Shown here: positions 34,859 through 43,876 of the stretch, in pieces | Layout: every line of letters starts with the position of its first letter | Position numbering within the stretch: position 1 is the first letter of the stretch | Virus record (IMG/VR): IMGVR_UViG_3300050821_008494 | Direction: 5' to 3' (one strand) | DNA length: 50,504 nt | From: a virus | Lineage: Duplodnaviria > Heunggongvirae > Uroviricota > Caudoviricetes | Notes under the pieces: model-generated | Database searches by the model: none | What the model was told of the DNA's origin: nothing | The model's input: only the letters and a program-made list of their open reading frames with translations | Translations under genes and position numbers: made by a program

Positions 34859-35114
34859 AAGTCCACGTCTATCGTAGGAAGTTCTTCCAAGGAGGACTTG
34901 TCTTTCTGTTGACGCGCGTTTTACGCTCAACGACTATATCTCAAAGCTCTACGGATTCTGGCCTCAATCTGAAATCGACGACTATATCAGAGAACACATC
35001 GAAGACCTCGGGGAGTTCGAGCTTCCAGATGAGTTCCTAGCCAAGCTCAAGCCGATATCAGTCTTGTCTGAGCCCGACCTCAAAATGGGATGGGATGAGT
35101 ATTACTCCGAATGA
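34855..35114 (+). pseudogene. ORF apparently split by a -1 frameshift near 34900
   Basis: MKVHVYRRKFFQGGLVF (ATG 34855) continues sensibly only in the -1 frame: SVDARFTLNDYISKLYGFWPQSEIDDYIREH...YYSE* (TGA 35112-35114). That frame has no start of its own. Confidence 0.45.
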
Positions 35115-35169
35115 TGCAGGCAGAAGCGGTTTTAAGAAGAACAATCTTCTAGATGGAGCTTAGTCACCT

Positions 35170-37920
35170 TTGCCTTACCTGTGCCTCGATACAAACTGTA
35201 ACACCATGTTCGGTGACGCCTCCGGTTATCGTTCTGGCAAGCCTCATTGCCCCAAGTGTGGAGGCGACAAGGTCCTCGCTCCCGGTCGAAAGTCCATACG
35301 TTCCATAGACCCTTCTCTGATGCCATACCGGACCTACGACAAACCCCTCGACCCACGGACCCTCCCCGTGTTCTACAAGCTCTCGACCTTCACCGACGAA
35401 GACACCCAAACTGATTGGATGGCAATTCACAAGCCGAAGGACAACGGCGATGGCAACGAGATACTCTTCGCACGTCCTCCCTTCAAGCCCTACTACTTCA
35501 TCGACGAGCTAGGCTACAGCCAGAACCAGAGTTCAATTGACGGACTCCTCCAGCAATTCCACGGCTCCATAGACCGGAAGTTCAAAGGCTTCCAAGCCGG
35601 AGGAGACCATCGCCCTGTCATCAAGGTAGAGTTCCGCAGCGACCCGGAGCGCAAACGTTCATCCTACCAGATTGACAAATTCGTCCGCTGCTATCAATCC
35701 AACACACCTCACACGGCAAGTATCCTTCGTGACTTAGACATCCAAATCAAAGGCTACCCAACACGTATGGTCTGGGACTCGGAGGTTGACCCGCGCAACG
35801 TTCCAAACCTCCAGCGCAACGACGGTCGCATCATACTCATCTGCGGAGTCGGATACAAGGTCGGGAGCGGCACAAGTAGGCTTGCAGGCCTCAACGACAA
35901 TCTGATGACAGGATACATCAACCCTAGCGGAGATGTAGTCCCGCATCCTGTCGAAGGTGGGGTCAGGCAATACGTCTTCCGTCTGACAGAAGACACAGAC
36001 GTCTCAGTAGCACGCGATGTCCTTCGACCATTCCTCAAGGAAGCCTTCAACTACAGCGCACTGATGGGATTCTATTCCGCGAAGTTCGACGTCCCATACA
36101 CTCAGATTTGGATAGCCCGTCTCAAGCTTGGGTTTGACTTCGACTTCATTACAGTATTCGACTTCCATAACATCTACACTGTCCTCAACACTAACAACTG
36201 GGACGACCGCAAGTTCAACCTCGACTCTATCGCAACGCGAGAATTCGGAGAGGGAGAGGGCAAAGAGAAAATCAAGGACTACCAAGTCCTCTGGGACTGG
36301 TGGGTCTCCAAGGACCCCCGTCTTGTCTCCTACTGTCTCCAAGATGCTGACCTAGTCCGCAGGCTCGATGAGAAGTGGAGTGGCATTGACAGTCGCCTTG
36401 TCGCAACGAACCTCACAAACGTCCGTCCTGACGCTTACATCTCGTATATGCCGGGCATAGAGTCAATCACAGTCAAGAAGCTCAACAAGCGTAATCCTTC
36501 CGAAGTTCTCTACACTCCTTCTGGCAAGCGCCAGTCCAGCACATACGAGGGTGCAATGGTCTTCGACCCCGTCAAAGGAGTCCACGACAACGTAGTGTTC
36601 CTAGACGCAAAGGCCATGTATCCCCACATCATCAGAACATTCAACATAGGACTCGACACCCTCGACCCGAACGGAGAAATCCATACACCCAAGGCCAACT
36701 TCAAGAACAAGCCCGACAGCGTCTCCAAGGAAGTGCTTGACGAGCTAGAAAAGTGGCGCGAGTTCTACAAGGCAGAGCGCGACAAATACGAAGTCGATTC
36801 CGAGAAGTGGTCAGAGTTCGAGAAGAAGCAGTGGGTCGTCAAATACTACATGGTGTCATACTACGGAGTCCTCGGCTCAACTTGGTCGTTCATGTATGAG
36901 CCCTCCGTCGCAGAGGCCATAACTCTCCTCGGTCAGCAAATCCTCGGATGCGCTCGTCACATCCTCCAATACATGGGCTACCCGGTCCTCTACGGAGACA
37001 CGGACTCCCTCTGTCTGAAACTAACAGACGAGGAAATCTTCGGCTACCGACCGACAGAGGCACAATACAAGAAGTTCAAAGCACGCACCTGCCCGAAGGA
37101 CACCTGCCGGACTCCTCTGGATTGGAATTGGAAGGGCGACCCCGTAACAGGAGGACCCGAGGGCTACTGTCCCAACTGCAAGAAAGTCATGATGACAGTC
37201 AAGCTCTTGAAGACTCTCTGCCTAAGTCGCGTCCTTGCTGACGTCGTCGAGCGAGCTGTGAACTACTTCGCGGAGACTCGCTTCCATGTTCTAGCTCCGC
37301 AGATGGAGTTCGAGGTTGACAAGGTCTACCAATGGGTCTACTTTACGAAGGTCAAGAAGCGCTACGCAGGGCCTATGCTCTGGAAGGGAGTCCCTCTTCC
37401 GGAGCCAAAGCTCAAGATTACCGGCTTCGAGTCCAAGAGAACAGATTGGCCTAAGTTCATCCAGAGTATCCAACTGAGATGCTTCGACCTTCTCGGCTCC
37501 CATGCTCCAGAGAAGACGGTCCTCGACTACGTCGAGAGCGAACTTGACTCCCTCTACAGAGGAGAACGAGACCAAGACATCATACAGAAGAAGGTCATCC
37601 GTCGCAAGGTCGAAGACTATGGCAAGAAGATGGTAGACGGTATAGTCGTCTCAAACCGTGGCGCAATCCCTCCATACGTCCGGGCTGCCAAGATTATGCG
37701 GGACGAGCGCCACATGGACATCAGGGTAGCCCAGCAAATCCTCTACTACATGAGCATGGACAAGCAGGTCATCCCGGTCTACGAAGACGAGCCTCTTCCC
37801 AAGCTCTCAAAGGACTTCTATGACTATACACGCAAGCAGGTTTATGCTGTCCTAGAACGAATGGAGCTTCCTGTTGGAGTAATTGGCAACCACAGTCCAG
37901 AGGAGGTCTTCGCATCTTGA
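35170..37920 (+). CDS. polB: Family B DNA polymerase with N-terminal Zn finger and palm Zn-ribbon insertion
   Basis: ExoI WDSE, ExoII FDVPY, ExoIII YCLQD; Pol A DAKAMYP, Pol B KYYMVSYYG, Pol C YGDTDS; KKRY; ITGFESKRTD. Confidence 0.95.
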   Translation: MPYLCLDTNCNTMFGDASGYRSGKPHCPKCGGDKVLAPGRKSIRSIDPSLMPYRTYDKPLDPRTLPVFYKLSTFTDEDTQTDWMAIHKPKDNGDGNEILFARPPFKPYYFIDELGYSQNQSSIDGLLQQFHGSIDRKFKGFQAGGDHRPVIKVEFRSDPERKRSSYQIDKFVRCYQSNTPHTASILRDLDIQIKGYPTRMVWDSEVDPRNVPNLQRNDGRIILICGVGYKVGSGTSRLAGLNDNLMTGYINPSGDVVPHPVEGGVRQYVFRLTEDTDVSVARDVLRPFLKEAFNYSALMGFYSAKFDVPYTQIWIARLKLGFDFDFITVFDFHNIYTVLNTNNWDDRKFNLDSIATREFGEGEGKEKIKDYQVLWDWWVSKDPRLVSYCLQDADLVRRLDEKWSGIDSRLVATNLTNVRPDAYISYMPGIESITVKKLNKRNPSEVLYTPSGKRQSSTYEGAMVFDPVKGVHDNVVFLDAKAMYPHIIRTFNIGLDTLDPNGEIHTPKANFKNKPDSVSKEVLDELEKWREFYKAERDKYEVDSEKWSEFEKKQWVVKYYMVSYYGVLGSTWSFMYEPSVAEAITLLGQQILGCARHILQYMGYPVLYGDTDSLCLKLTDEEIFGYRPTEAQYKKFKARTCPKDTCRTPLDWNWKGDPVTGGPEGYCPNCKKVMMTVKLLKTLCLSRVLADVVERAVNYFAETRFHVLAPQMEFEVDKVYQWVYFTKVKKRYAGPMLWKGVPLPEPKLKITGFESKRTDWPKFIQSIQLRCFDLLGSHAPEKTVLDYVESELDSLYRGERDQDIIQKKVIRRKVEDYGKKMVDGIVVSNRGAIPPYVRAAKIMRDERHMDIRVAQQILYYMSMDKQVIPVYEDEPLPKLSKDFYDYTRKQVYAVLERMELPVGVIGNHSPEEVFAS

Positions 37921-38342
37921 CACTCAACGTCTTCACAGACGGCTCCGGCAACGGGGTATACGGCTTCCTCGTGAAGCGTGGCACAGACATCATCAAAGAA
38001 GAGAACGGTCCCATACACGCCGAAGTCGTTAGCAACAACGTCTCCGAATACTACGCCCTCATCAAGGCACTCGAATGGCTCAAGGCCTCTGGCTTCGAGA
38101 GTTTGGAAGTTTCAGTTCATTCTGACTCAATGCTAGTCGTCGAGCAGATGAGAGGCAACTGGAGAATCAAAGACGGAGCCTATGTTGACTTCTACGCCAA
38201 AGCCAGAGAAGTAGCCAACGGGTTCAGTAGCATAACCTTCACTTGGATTCCCCGCCAGAAGAACAAAAGCGCCGACAGCCTCACTCGTGGTCGCCGAGCG
38301 AGACACGAGCTTCCAATCTACAGCAGGAGTTCCATACGATGA
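37917..38342 (+). CDS. rnhA: Ribonuclease HI
   Basis: VFTDGS, SNNVSEYYALI, HSDSMLVVEQ, WIPRQKNKSAD. Confidence 0.93.
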   Translation: MTLNVFTDGSGNGVYGFLVKRGTDIIKEENGPIHAEVVSNNVSEYYALIKALEWLKASGFESLEVSVHSDSMLVVEQMRGNWRIKDGAYVDFYAKAREVANGFSSITFTWIPRQKNKSADSLTRGRRARHELPIYSRSSIR

Positions 38343-38590
38343 CAAAATGGTCAGAGAGAGCCAAGTCTCTCCAAACCCCTCGGCGTGAAGTTACACCTCC
38401 GAAGTATTCCGTTGGAGACCGAATCAGCGGATGCGTGATGTGCGTTGATTACGAGAAGAAGCACAATGGTGTCTTAGAGGTAGACCAAGTCCATAGAAAG
38501 GACGACTTCTTCTCTCTCTGTCAGAAAGCTACACATCAGGGCAGAGTTGTTGAAATATGGATTGTCAAGAACCTTGTAACAGGAGCCTGA
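38339..38590 (+). CDS. Hypothetical protein
   Basis: ATGA start at 38339. Confidence 0.5.
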   Translation: MTKWSERAKSLQTPRREVTPPKYSVGDRISGCVMCVDYEKKHNGVLEVDQVHRKDDFFSLCQKATHQGRVVEIWIVKNLVTGA

Positions 38591-38596
38591 TACAGA

Positions 38597-38911
38597 ATAC
38601 CGCGAGGAGTTCCGGGATTCTTCAAAGGCAAACATCACAGTCTGAAGACTAGGCTTCAGATGTCAGCATCTCATGCAGCTCGTTGGGAGGACGAAGAATA
38701 CAGAGCATCTGCGATTTCCAAAATGATGGGAAATCAAAATGCGGCAGGATACAAGTTCACGGAAGAACAGAGAGCGAAGATTAGCGGCAAAAGAACTCTC
38801 GCTCAATTGGCTCAGTTGAATCGCCTCATTTTCACCGCTCTTCCCAAGAGTCCGAAGTTTGTTCAATACTCAGAAAATTCTACGACAATGGCCTTCTTCA
38901 TTCCAATGTGA
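38597..38911 (+). CDS. NUMOD3-repeat protein without a visible nuclease domain (start uncertain)
   Basis: FFKGKHHSLKTRLQMS (upstream of ATG 38660) and GYKFTEEQRAKISG. Confidence 0.55.
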   Translation: MPRGVPGFFKGKHHSLKTRLQMSASHAARWEDEEYRASAISKMMGNQNAAGYKFTEEQRAKISGKRTLAQLAQLNRLIFTALPKSPKFVQYSENSTTMAFFIPM

Positions 38912-39114
38912 AATATGGAGGCATAGAGATTGACTGGGTATTCGGAGAGAATCCAAGAGACCCATCAACTTGGATGGAAGTTATAGAGTATCATGTTCCG
39001 AAGGTATGGCTCGGAGAGACAATGAGACAATACAAATCCATTAGAACTCGGAAGCTCCATTCCATAGGAGTGACTTGCAAGATAACATACTACAGGAGTC
39101 TTCGAGAGATTTGA
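38908..39114 (+). CDS. Hypothetical protein
   Basis: GTGA and TTGA coupling; AT-richer codons. Confidence 0.5.
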   Translation: MKYGGIEIDWVFGENPRDPSTWMEVIEYHVPKVWLGETMRQYKSIRTRKLHSIGVTCKITYYRSLREI

Positions 39115-40349
39115 TTTTTGCTGACCTCCATATTCATGGTAGGCACGCAGGTGCTACCAGTCCAAACTCGACAATCTCAGCAATCGAGAAGGCAGCAGTT
39201 ACCAAAGGCCTTGACGTCATCGGAACAGGCGACATCCTTCACAAGGCATGGTTCGACGAGGTGATGACCTACGCCAAAGAGGACGAGTCCACAGGGACCC
39301 TCAAAGGGGCATTGGGGCTTCGTTTCATCTTGTCAACCGAGGTCGAGTGTTACTTCAAAGTCGCAGGCTATGATGAGATGCGTCAGGTTCACAACCTCAT
39401 CTACGTCCGCTCAGTCCGTGACGCGAAGACCCTTCGCACAATGCTGTTACGCTACGGGACCCTCGACCTCGATGGACGCCCAGTAATCCGACTTAGTTGC
39501 GAGCAGCTCGTGAACTATGTCAAGCAGGTGATACCGGACTCCAACATTATACCTGCTCATGTCTGGACTCCTCACACCTCCGCTCTCGGAGACGGACACG
39601 GCTTCGACTCTCTGAAGGACTGCTACCAATCTTCCCTTCGCCACATCTTCGCGATAGAGACAGGGCTAAGCAGCGACCCTGCCATGTGCTCAGAGTTTCC
39701 GGACACCGCCAATCTAACCCAAGTCAGCAACTCCGACAACCACAGCGCTAACACGGCGCGAGTTGGAAGGGAGGCCACGATGCTTGCCCTCAAGGAGATA
39801 ACCTACGACCAAATCTTCGGAGCCATAAAGACAAGAGACAGCCGGTTTGTCGGAACTCTCGAAGTCCCTCCAGCATACGGCAAGTATCATCTTAGCGGTC
39901 ATCGCAACTGTAACGATACTAGCCTCGACCTCAAGCAGTATGCCGACATGAAGGGTTACTGCCCAGAGTGCGGAAAGAAGGCAACGGTCGGAGTCCTCCA
40001 AAGAATCCACGACCTCTCAAGAGGCTACAGGAAGGCCACAATCCAAAAGTTCTGGACTGTCATACCACTATCAGAGCTTCTCGACAAGATGTATTCTCGG
40101 GAGGTCGGCTACAACTACTCCCAGAGGCTCTACAAATCATTTGGCTCAGAATACAACATCCTTCTCAACGTTGGAGAGTTTGACCTGACTCAGGCCTCAA
40201 ATGAGCGCATAGCGAAAGTAATCCTCCAGAACCGCAATGGAGAAATCAAGCTCATCCCCGGATTCGATAATCAATACGGAAAGATTGTCCTCGAAAGCCA
40301 GCAGGAGGAACTTAAATCCCGAACACTCGCGGAGATATTCAACGAGTAG
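39111..40349 (+). CDS. endoQ: Endonuclease Q family (PHP domain + Zn finger)
   Basis: ADLHIHG...ATS, GTGDILH, STEVE, HNL, IPAHVWTPH, IETGLSSDP, SNSDNHS, GREAT, YGKYH..GHRNC, CPECG...GV..RI, PGFDNQYGKI; TTGA start at 39111. Confidence 0.92.
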   Translation: MIFADLHIHGRHAGATSPNSTISAIEKAAVTKGLDVIGTGDILHKAWFDEVMTYAKEDESTGTLKGALGLRFILSTEVECYFKVAGYDEMRQVHNLIYVRSVRDAKTLRTMLLRYGTLDLDGRPVIRLSCEQLVNYVKQVIPDSNIIPAHVWTPHTSALGDGHGFDSLKDCYQSSLRHIFAIETGLSSDPAMCSEFPDTANLTQVSNSDNHSANTARVGREATMLALKEITYDQIFGAIKTRDSRFVGTLEVPPAYGKYHLSGHRNCNDTSLDLKQYADMKGYCPECGKKATVGVLQRIHDLSRGYRKATIQKFWTVIPLSELLDKMYSREVGYNYSQRLYKSFGSEYNILLNVGEFDLTQASNERIAKVILQNRNGEIKLIPGFDNQYGKIVLESQQEELKSRTLAEIFNE

Positions 40350-40355
40350 GTCCCA

Positions 40356-40511
40356 ATGATGCAACCAATACCTCTCCCTCCTACGTTCGGCTGGCGCTGT
40401 ATGAAGTCAGGCTGCAAATTCCGAAATCCACTAGAAGGCGCAGCAGTCAATCATTCCAATACGACTGGGCATCCCGTTACTGACGCTCCGGAGTTCGAAG
40501 AGAATGATTGA
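40356..40511 (+). CDS. C2H2-like micro-protein (not in track)
   Basis: WRCMKSGC...NHSNTTGH. Confidence 0.5.
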   Translation: MMQPIPLPPTFGWRCMKSGCKFRNPLEGAAVNHSNTTGHPVTDAPEFEEND

Positions 40512-40638
40512 GCACGAGGCAGTTAGCATGATAGTGAAGCCCGACACTATTGACGTCATAGTTCTCTGCCGGTGCGGCTACGTTGCCATCGACAAGGACA
40601 TGCCGGAACACATCGCTCGAAAGAACAAGTGACCTATC

Positions 40639-40803
40639 ATGAGCGAAGAATCTATCTCAGTAGAGCCTCTCACTCCGGACGAGATGGCCCTGTTGGTAAA
40701 GGGCGAGCGTCCCAAATACGTTCCCACGGAGAAAGTCTCCAAGCCCTCCGAGAAGTCTGAGTCTTCTATGCCAGAGGACCTGCTCAGTATCTTCGGGAGC
40801 TAG
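40639..40803 (+). CDS. Acidic micro-protein (not in track)
   Basis: MSEESISVEPLTPDEMALLVKGER...DLLSIFGS; typical codons. Confidence 0.45.
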   Translation: MSEESISVEPLTPDEMALLVKGERPKYVPTEKVSKPSEKSESSMPEDLLSIFGS

Positions 40804-40808
40804 AGACC

Positions 40809-41480
40809 GTGACTGTGGTCTGCGACACAAGGGAGATTCCATCAGGCATTCCGGATATGCTGAAGCGCTTCAACATACCAGTAACAATGGGTCAGTTGAC
40901 TCACGGCGACTACTGGATTGGGGATATGCCAATCTCCCGCAAGGCCGACGACTATGTCTCAAGCCTCATATCGAATCACCTCAACAACGAACTCTACGAG
41001 CTAAGTCACTTCTACGAAGTCTCCACGCTAATCGTCGAAGGCAGCGTCAACGCAGCCCTCATGGCAGGAGGCTTCACCAGAGACTCCTACCTCGCCTCTC
41101 TCGCCAGCGACTTCGTCAAGAGAGCACCGGACGGCAAGCAAGGTGTCATCAACCTAATCTGCGTTGATACGAAGTGGGACACAGCCCTCCTTCTCAAGCA
41201 CATTCACACTCAGGTGATGTCTGGCGAGCCTCGTCTTCCTCGCGTTGAGAAGCACGCATACGCTGCCAACATAGACCCTCTCGTCTACGTTATAGCCGGA
41301 GCACCGGGCATCGGAGAGAAGCGTGCTCTAGATTTGCTCAACAAGTTCGGAGGCCTCGACGCAATTCAATTTGCTTCAGTTGAAGAACTCGCCGAAGTCC
41401 TCGGGCCTAAGACAGCGGAGAACTACTACAAGAAGACACTTCACAGGAAAGTAATCCCTATGCCGGAGGCGTCTCAATGA
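40809..41480 (+). CDS. XPF/ERCC4-family nuclease domain + HhH pair (short XPF type)
   Basis: VCDTRE, GDY..., SRKADD, LIVEG; PGIGEKRA and LGPKTA hairpins. Confidence 0.85.
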   Translation: MTVVCDTREIPSGIPDMLKRFNIPVTMGQLTHGDYWIGDMPISRKADDYVSSLISNHLNNELYELSHFYEVSTLIVEGSVNAALMAGGFTRDSYLASLASDFVKRAPDGKQGVINLICVDTKWDTALLLKHIHTQVMSGEPRLPRVEKHAYAANIDPLVYVIAGAPGIGEKRALDLLNKFGGLDAIQFASVEELAEVLGPKTAENYYKKTLHRKVIPMPEASQ

Positions 41481-41734
41481 AGAATCTTCTCTGTTTAGTC
41501 ATTTGGAAGAACATCAACAACATCAGAGACCCTCACAAGTGCAGCAGAGACGAGGGTCATGCCGGAAAATGCACTTGCAAGTGCGGGGCCGTCAGAGGAA
41601 TGAAAGAACGTCTTCAGGAGGAGCCCGGACTTGGAATCCTCGAAAGGAGAGATTCTCGCAAAGGCCTTCCAAAGAGAGACGGCTCTTGGAGCGACAAATA
41701 TCTAGTTCCCGCTAGGGTGATACGTTCACAATGA
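41477..41734 (+). CDS. Cys/His micro-protein
   Basis: HKCSRDEGHAGKCTCKCG. Confidence 0.5.
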   Translation: MKNLLCLVIWKNINNIRDPHKCSRDEGHAGKCTCKCGAVRGMKERLQEEPGLGILERRDSRKGLPKRDGSWSDKYLVPARVIRSQ

Positions 41735-42732
41735 CTACAGTAACAACTCAGGAACTAAAACTTGCTGACAAGTATCGTCCTCAATCCCTCGACGAAATCA
41801 AAGGACAGGACGAAGTCGTAACCCGTCTCAAGAGCATTGTGAAGCGCAAGACAGTCCCTCATCTTCTCTTCGTAGGCCCTCCCGGAGGAGGGAAGACTAC
41901 CGCAGCAGAATGCGTTGCCAAGGCAATATTCGGAGACACTTGGCGTAGCTACTTCACAGTCATAGACGCGAGCAACGACCGAGGCATAGACACAATCCGT
42001 AATCGTGTCAAGACCCTCTCAGAGCTAGTCGGACGACGCATAATCTTCCTCGATGAGTGCGACCAACTCAGTTCAGACGCTCAATGGGCACTTCGAGGAA
42101 TAATGTATCCTCAAGTCCCAACAGACGCCATCTTCATCCTAGCCGCCAATCGCGAGTCCAAAATCTTCGATGCGATAAAGTCCCGCTGTGCAATCTTCCG
42201 GTTCCAGAAGCTCCCAATCGAAGTCGTAAGGAATGCACTTGCCTCCATACTCAAGTCAGAGGGAATCCAACTCGACGTAGCCAACGAAGTAGAGCGGAAG
42301 CAAATCATAGCCGGGTTCAACTTCCTCGCCGAGTCCTGCGATGGGGACCTTCGAAGCGCAATCAATACGATAGAGAGCCTCATCACATCTAACAAGAAGC
42401 TCACAGTCAAGGACATAGCCTTCCTCCAGAAGTCCAAGGTAGCCACAGAGGCCATGAGGACCGCTCTCAAAGGTGACTTCTCTACCGCCAAGGAACTCTT
42501 CGAGACCTCATTTGCTAATAGCGGAGACGCAGCAGCAGTCTGCGAGGAACTATACGACAGCATCCTCCTGCTTCCGAAGGAAATCAAAGACCACGTCAAG
42601 GTCCGTCTCTACGCCAAACTCGCCGAGCATGAGGCCAGAGTCCGTGCTGGCTCCGACCCGAAGATTCAACTTGTGGGCTTCTTCGCGTTTTGTTATCTCG
42701 CTCCTCATCTCAAGGACGGCTTCCCTCAATGA
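41731..42732 (+). CDS. rfcS: Replication factor C small subunit
   Basis: LADKYRP, HLLFVGPPGGGKTT, DASNDRGIDTIR, FLDECDQL, AQWALR, IKSRC, GDLRSAIN. Confidence 0.95.
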   Translation: MTTVTTQELKLADKYRPQSLDEIKGQDEVVTRLKSIVKRKTVPHLLFVGPPGGGKTTAAECVAKAIFGDTWRSYFTVIDASNDRGIDTIRNRVKTLSELVGRRIIFLDECDQLSSDAQWALRGIMYPQVPTDAIFILAANRESKIFDAIKSRCAIFRFQKLPIEVVRNALASILKSEGIQLDVANEVERKQIIAGFNFLAESCDGDLRSAINTIESLITSNKKLTVKDIAFLQKSKVATEAMRTALKGDFSTAKELFETSFANSGDAAAVCEELYDSILLLPKEIKDHVKVRLYAKLAEHEARVRAGSDPKIQLVGFFAFCYLAPHLKDGFPQ

Positions 42733-43481
42733 GCCAAGTAGCGCTACAGGATTATCCGAAGGTCGAAGCCAAGAAGTCTGTCTCTCCTTCTGCAATGAAC
42801 CGATACTTCGGTTGTGGGGCACAATGGCGCTACGACCGGCTCTTCGACAAGAACCTCATACCTCAAGTCTTCATGGAGATGAAGGAAGCTCATCTCGGGA
42901 CAAACTTCCACAACGCGATAATCCCTTCCTACTTCGAAGGCGTCACAGAGAAGCCGACACCAAAGGAGATAGAGGACACTGCCAGAGCGAGCTTTGACGA
43001 CAACTTTGACAAGAGCCTCTGGTCTCAGGAGAAGACCGCTCGCCAAATCTTAGAGAACTTCATAGCCTTCGAGAAGGCACGAGCCAAATCTCAGTCCAAG
43101 TATCTTCCGGAGTTCGTTGAGAGGAAGTTTGAGTTTGAAGACTTCAGCGGCATCATTGACTTCTACTCCGACGGCACTATCATAGACTGGAAAACCGGGG
43201 CATCCGTAGAGATGACTCAGGACCTCATGAGACAAGGCCGGGTCTACCAACTCTTCGCGGAACGAGAGAAGCTCCCTCTCAAGAAGGTCATATTCCCTGC
43301 TCTCCAAATCGGAAAGGTCCTCGCACTTCCTTCTCTGTCAAGTGGCTGGATTGAGTCTGAGCGCAGAAGATACTTGGCAGGAGTAGAGCTAGGCAACTTC
43401 CACGTCAACAGAACCGGAAAGTGCCGCTACTGCCCATACATCCTCCGTTGCTTCAATGAGCACAGGAGCCTTTGGGAATGA
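42729..43481 (+). CDS. RecB/Cas4-like PD-(D/E)xK exonuclease
   Basis: SPSAMNRYFGC, GTNFH, GIID...IIDWKTG, QGRVY, CRYCPY...C; ATGA start at 42729. Confidence 0.85.
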   Translation: MSQVALQDYPKVEAKKSVSPSAMNRYFGCGAQWRYDRLFDKNLIPQVFMEMKEAHLGTNFHNAIIPSYFEGVTEKPTPKEIEDTARASFDDNFDKSLWSQEKTARQILENFIAFEKARAKSQSKYLPEFVERKFEFEDFSGIIDFYSDGTIIDWKTGASVEMTQDLMRQGRVYQLFAEREKLPLKKVIFPALQIGKVLALPSLSSGWIESERRRYLAGVELGNFHVNRTGKCRYCPYILRCFNEHRSLWE

Positions 43482-43876
43482 TGAAACCCGGAACGGTAAC
43501 TCAGTCAATACCGAGGATGCTAGTAACCTGCGGAGTATGCGGGAAGCAGGACGTTTGCGACCTTCCTCATACCGAGCATCCGTGTCTCAACTGTCGCAAC
43601 ATGATTACTGTGGCTCGTCCTCGTCCTCGCACGGACCCTCCAAACTCTAAGTCCTGTATGCGCTGCGGCAAACCATTTACAGGGAAGGGCCTCAAGTTTT
43701 GCGGTGACTGCAGGCCAGAAGCTCGGAATGAGTATAAGAGAAGATATCAGGAGCAGTGGGTCAGAGACAAGAGGGCTCGCCTAGCTTCTACCACACCGTC
43801 TTCAGAAACTTCGTCTGGGACCCCTACCTTCCTTGACCCCAAACTATTGGCTCGCGAAGAGGGCACACAGCAATGA
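43478..43876 (+). CDS. Multi-Zn-ribbon protein
   Basis: CGVCG, CLNC, CMRCG...CGDC. Confidence 0.6.
   Translation: MMKPGTVTQSIPRMLVTCGVCGKQDVCDLPHTEHPCLNCRNMITVARPRPRTDPPNSKSCMRCGKPFTGKGLKFCGDCRPEARNEYKRRYQEQWVRDKRARLASTTPSSETSSGTPTFLDPKLLAREEGTQQ

Noticed and set aside
35095-35172. TAG read-through extending the PolB N-terminus
   Set aside because: The upstream in-frame peptide is short and featureless; TTG 35170 already includes the whole Zn finger.
37030-37260. Intein in PolB
   Set aside because: The insertion is short and Cys4-type, and lacks intein C/S start, TxxH and HN-C/S/T end motifs.
42729-43481. CRISPR-associated Cas4
   Set aside because: No cas1, cas2 or array nearby; solo RecB/Cas4-like nucleases are common in archaeal viruses.
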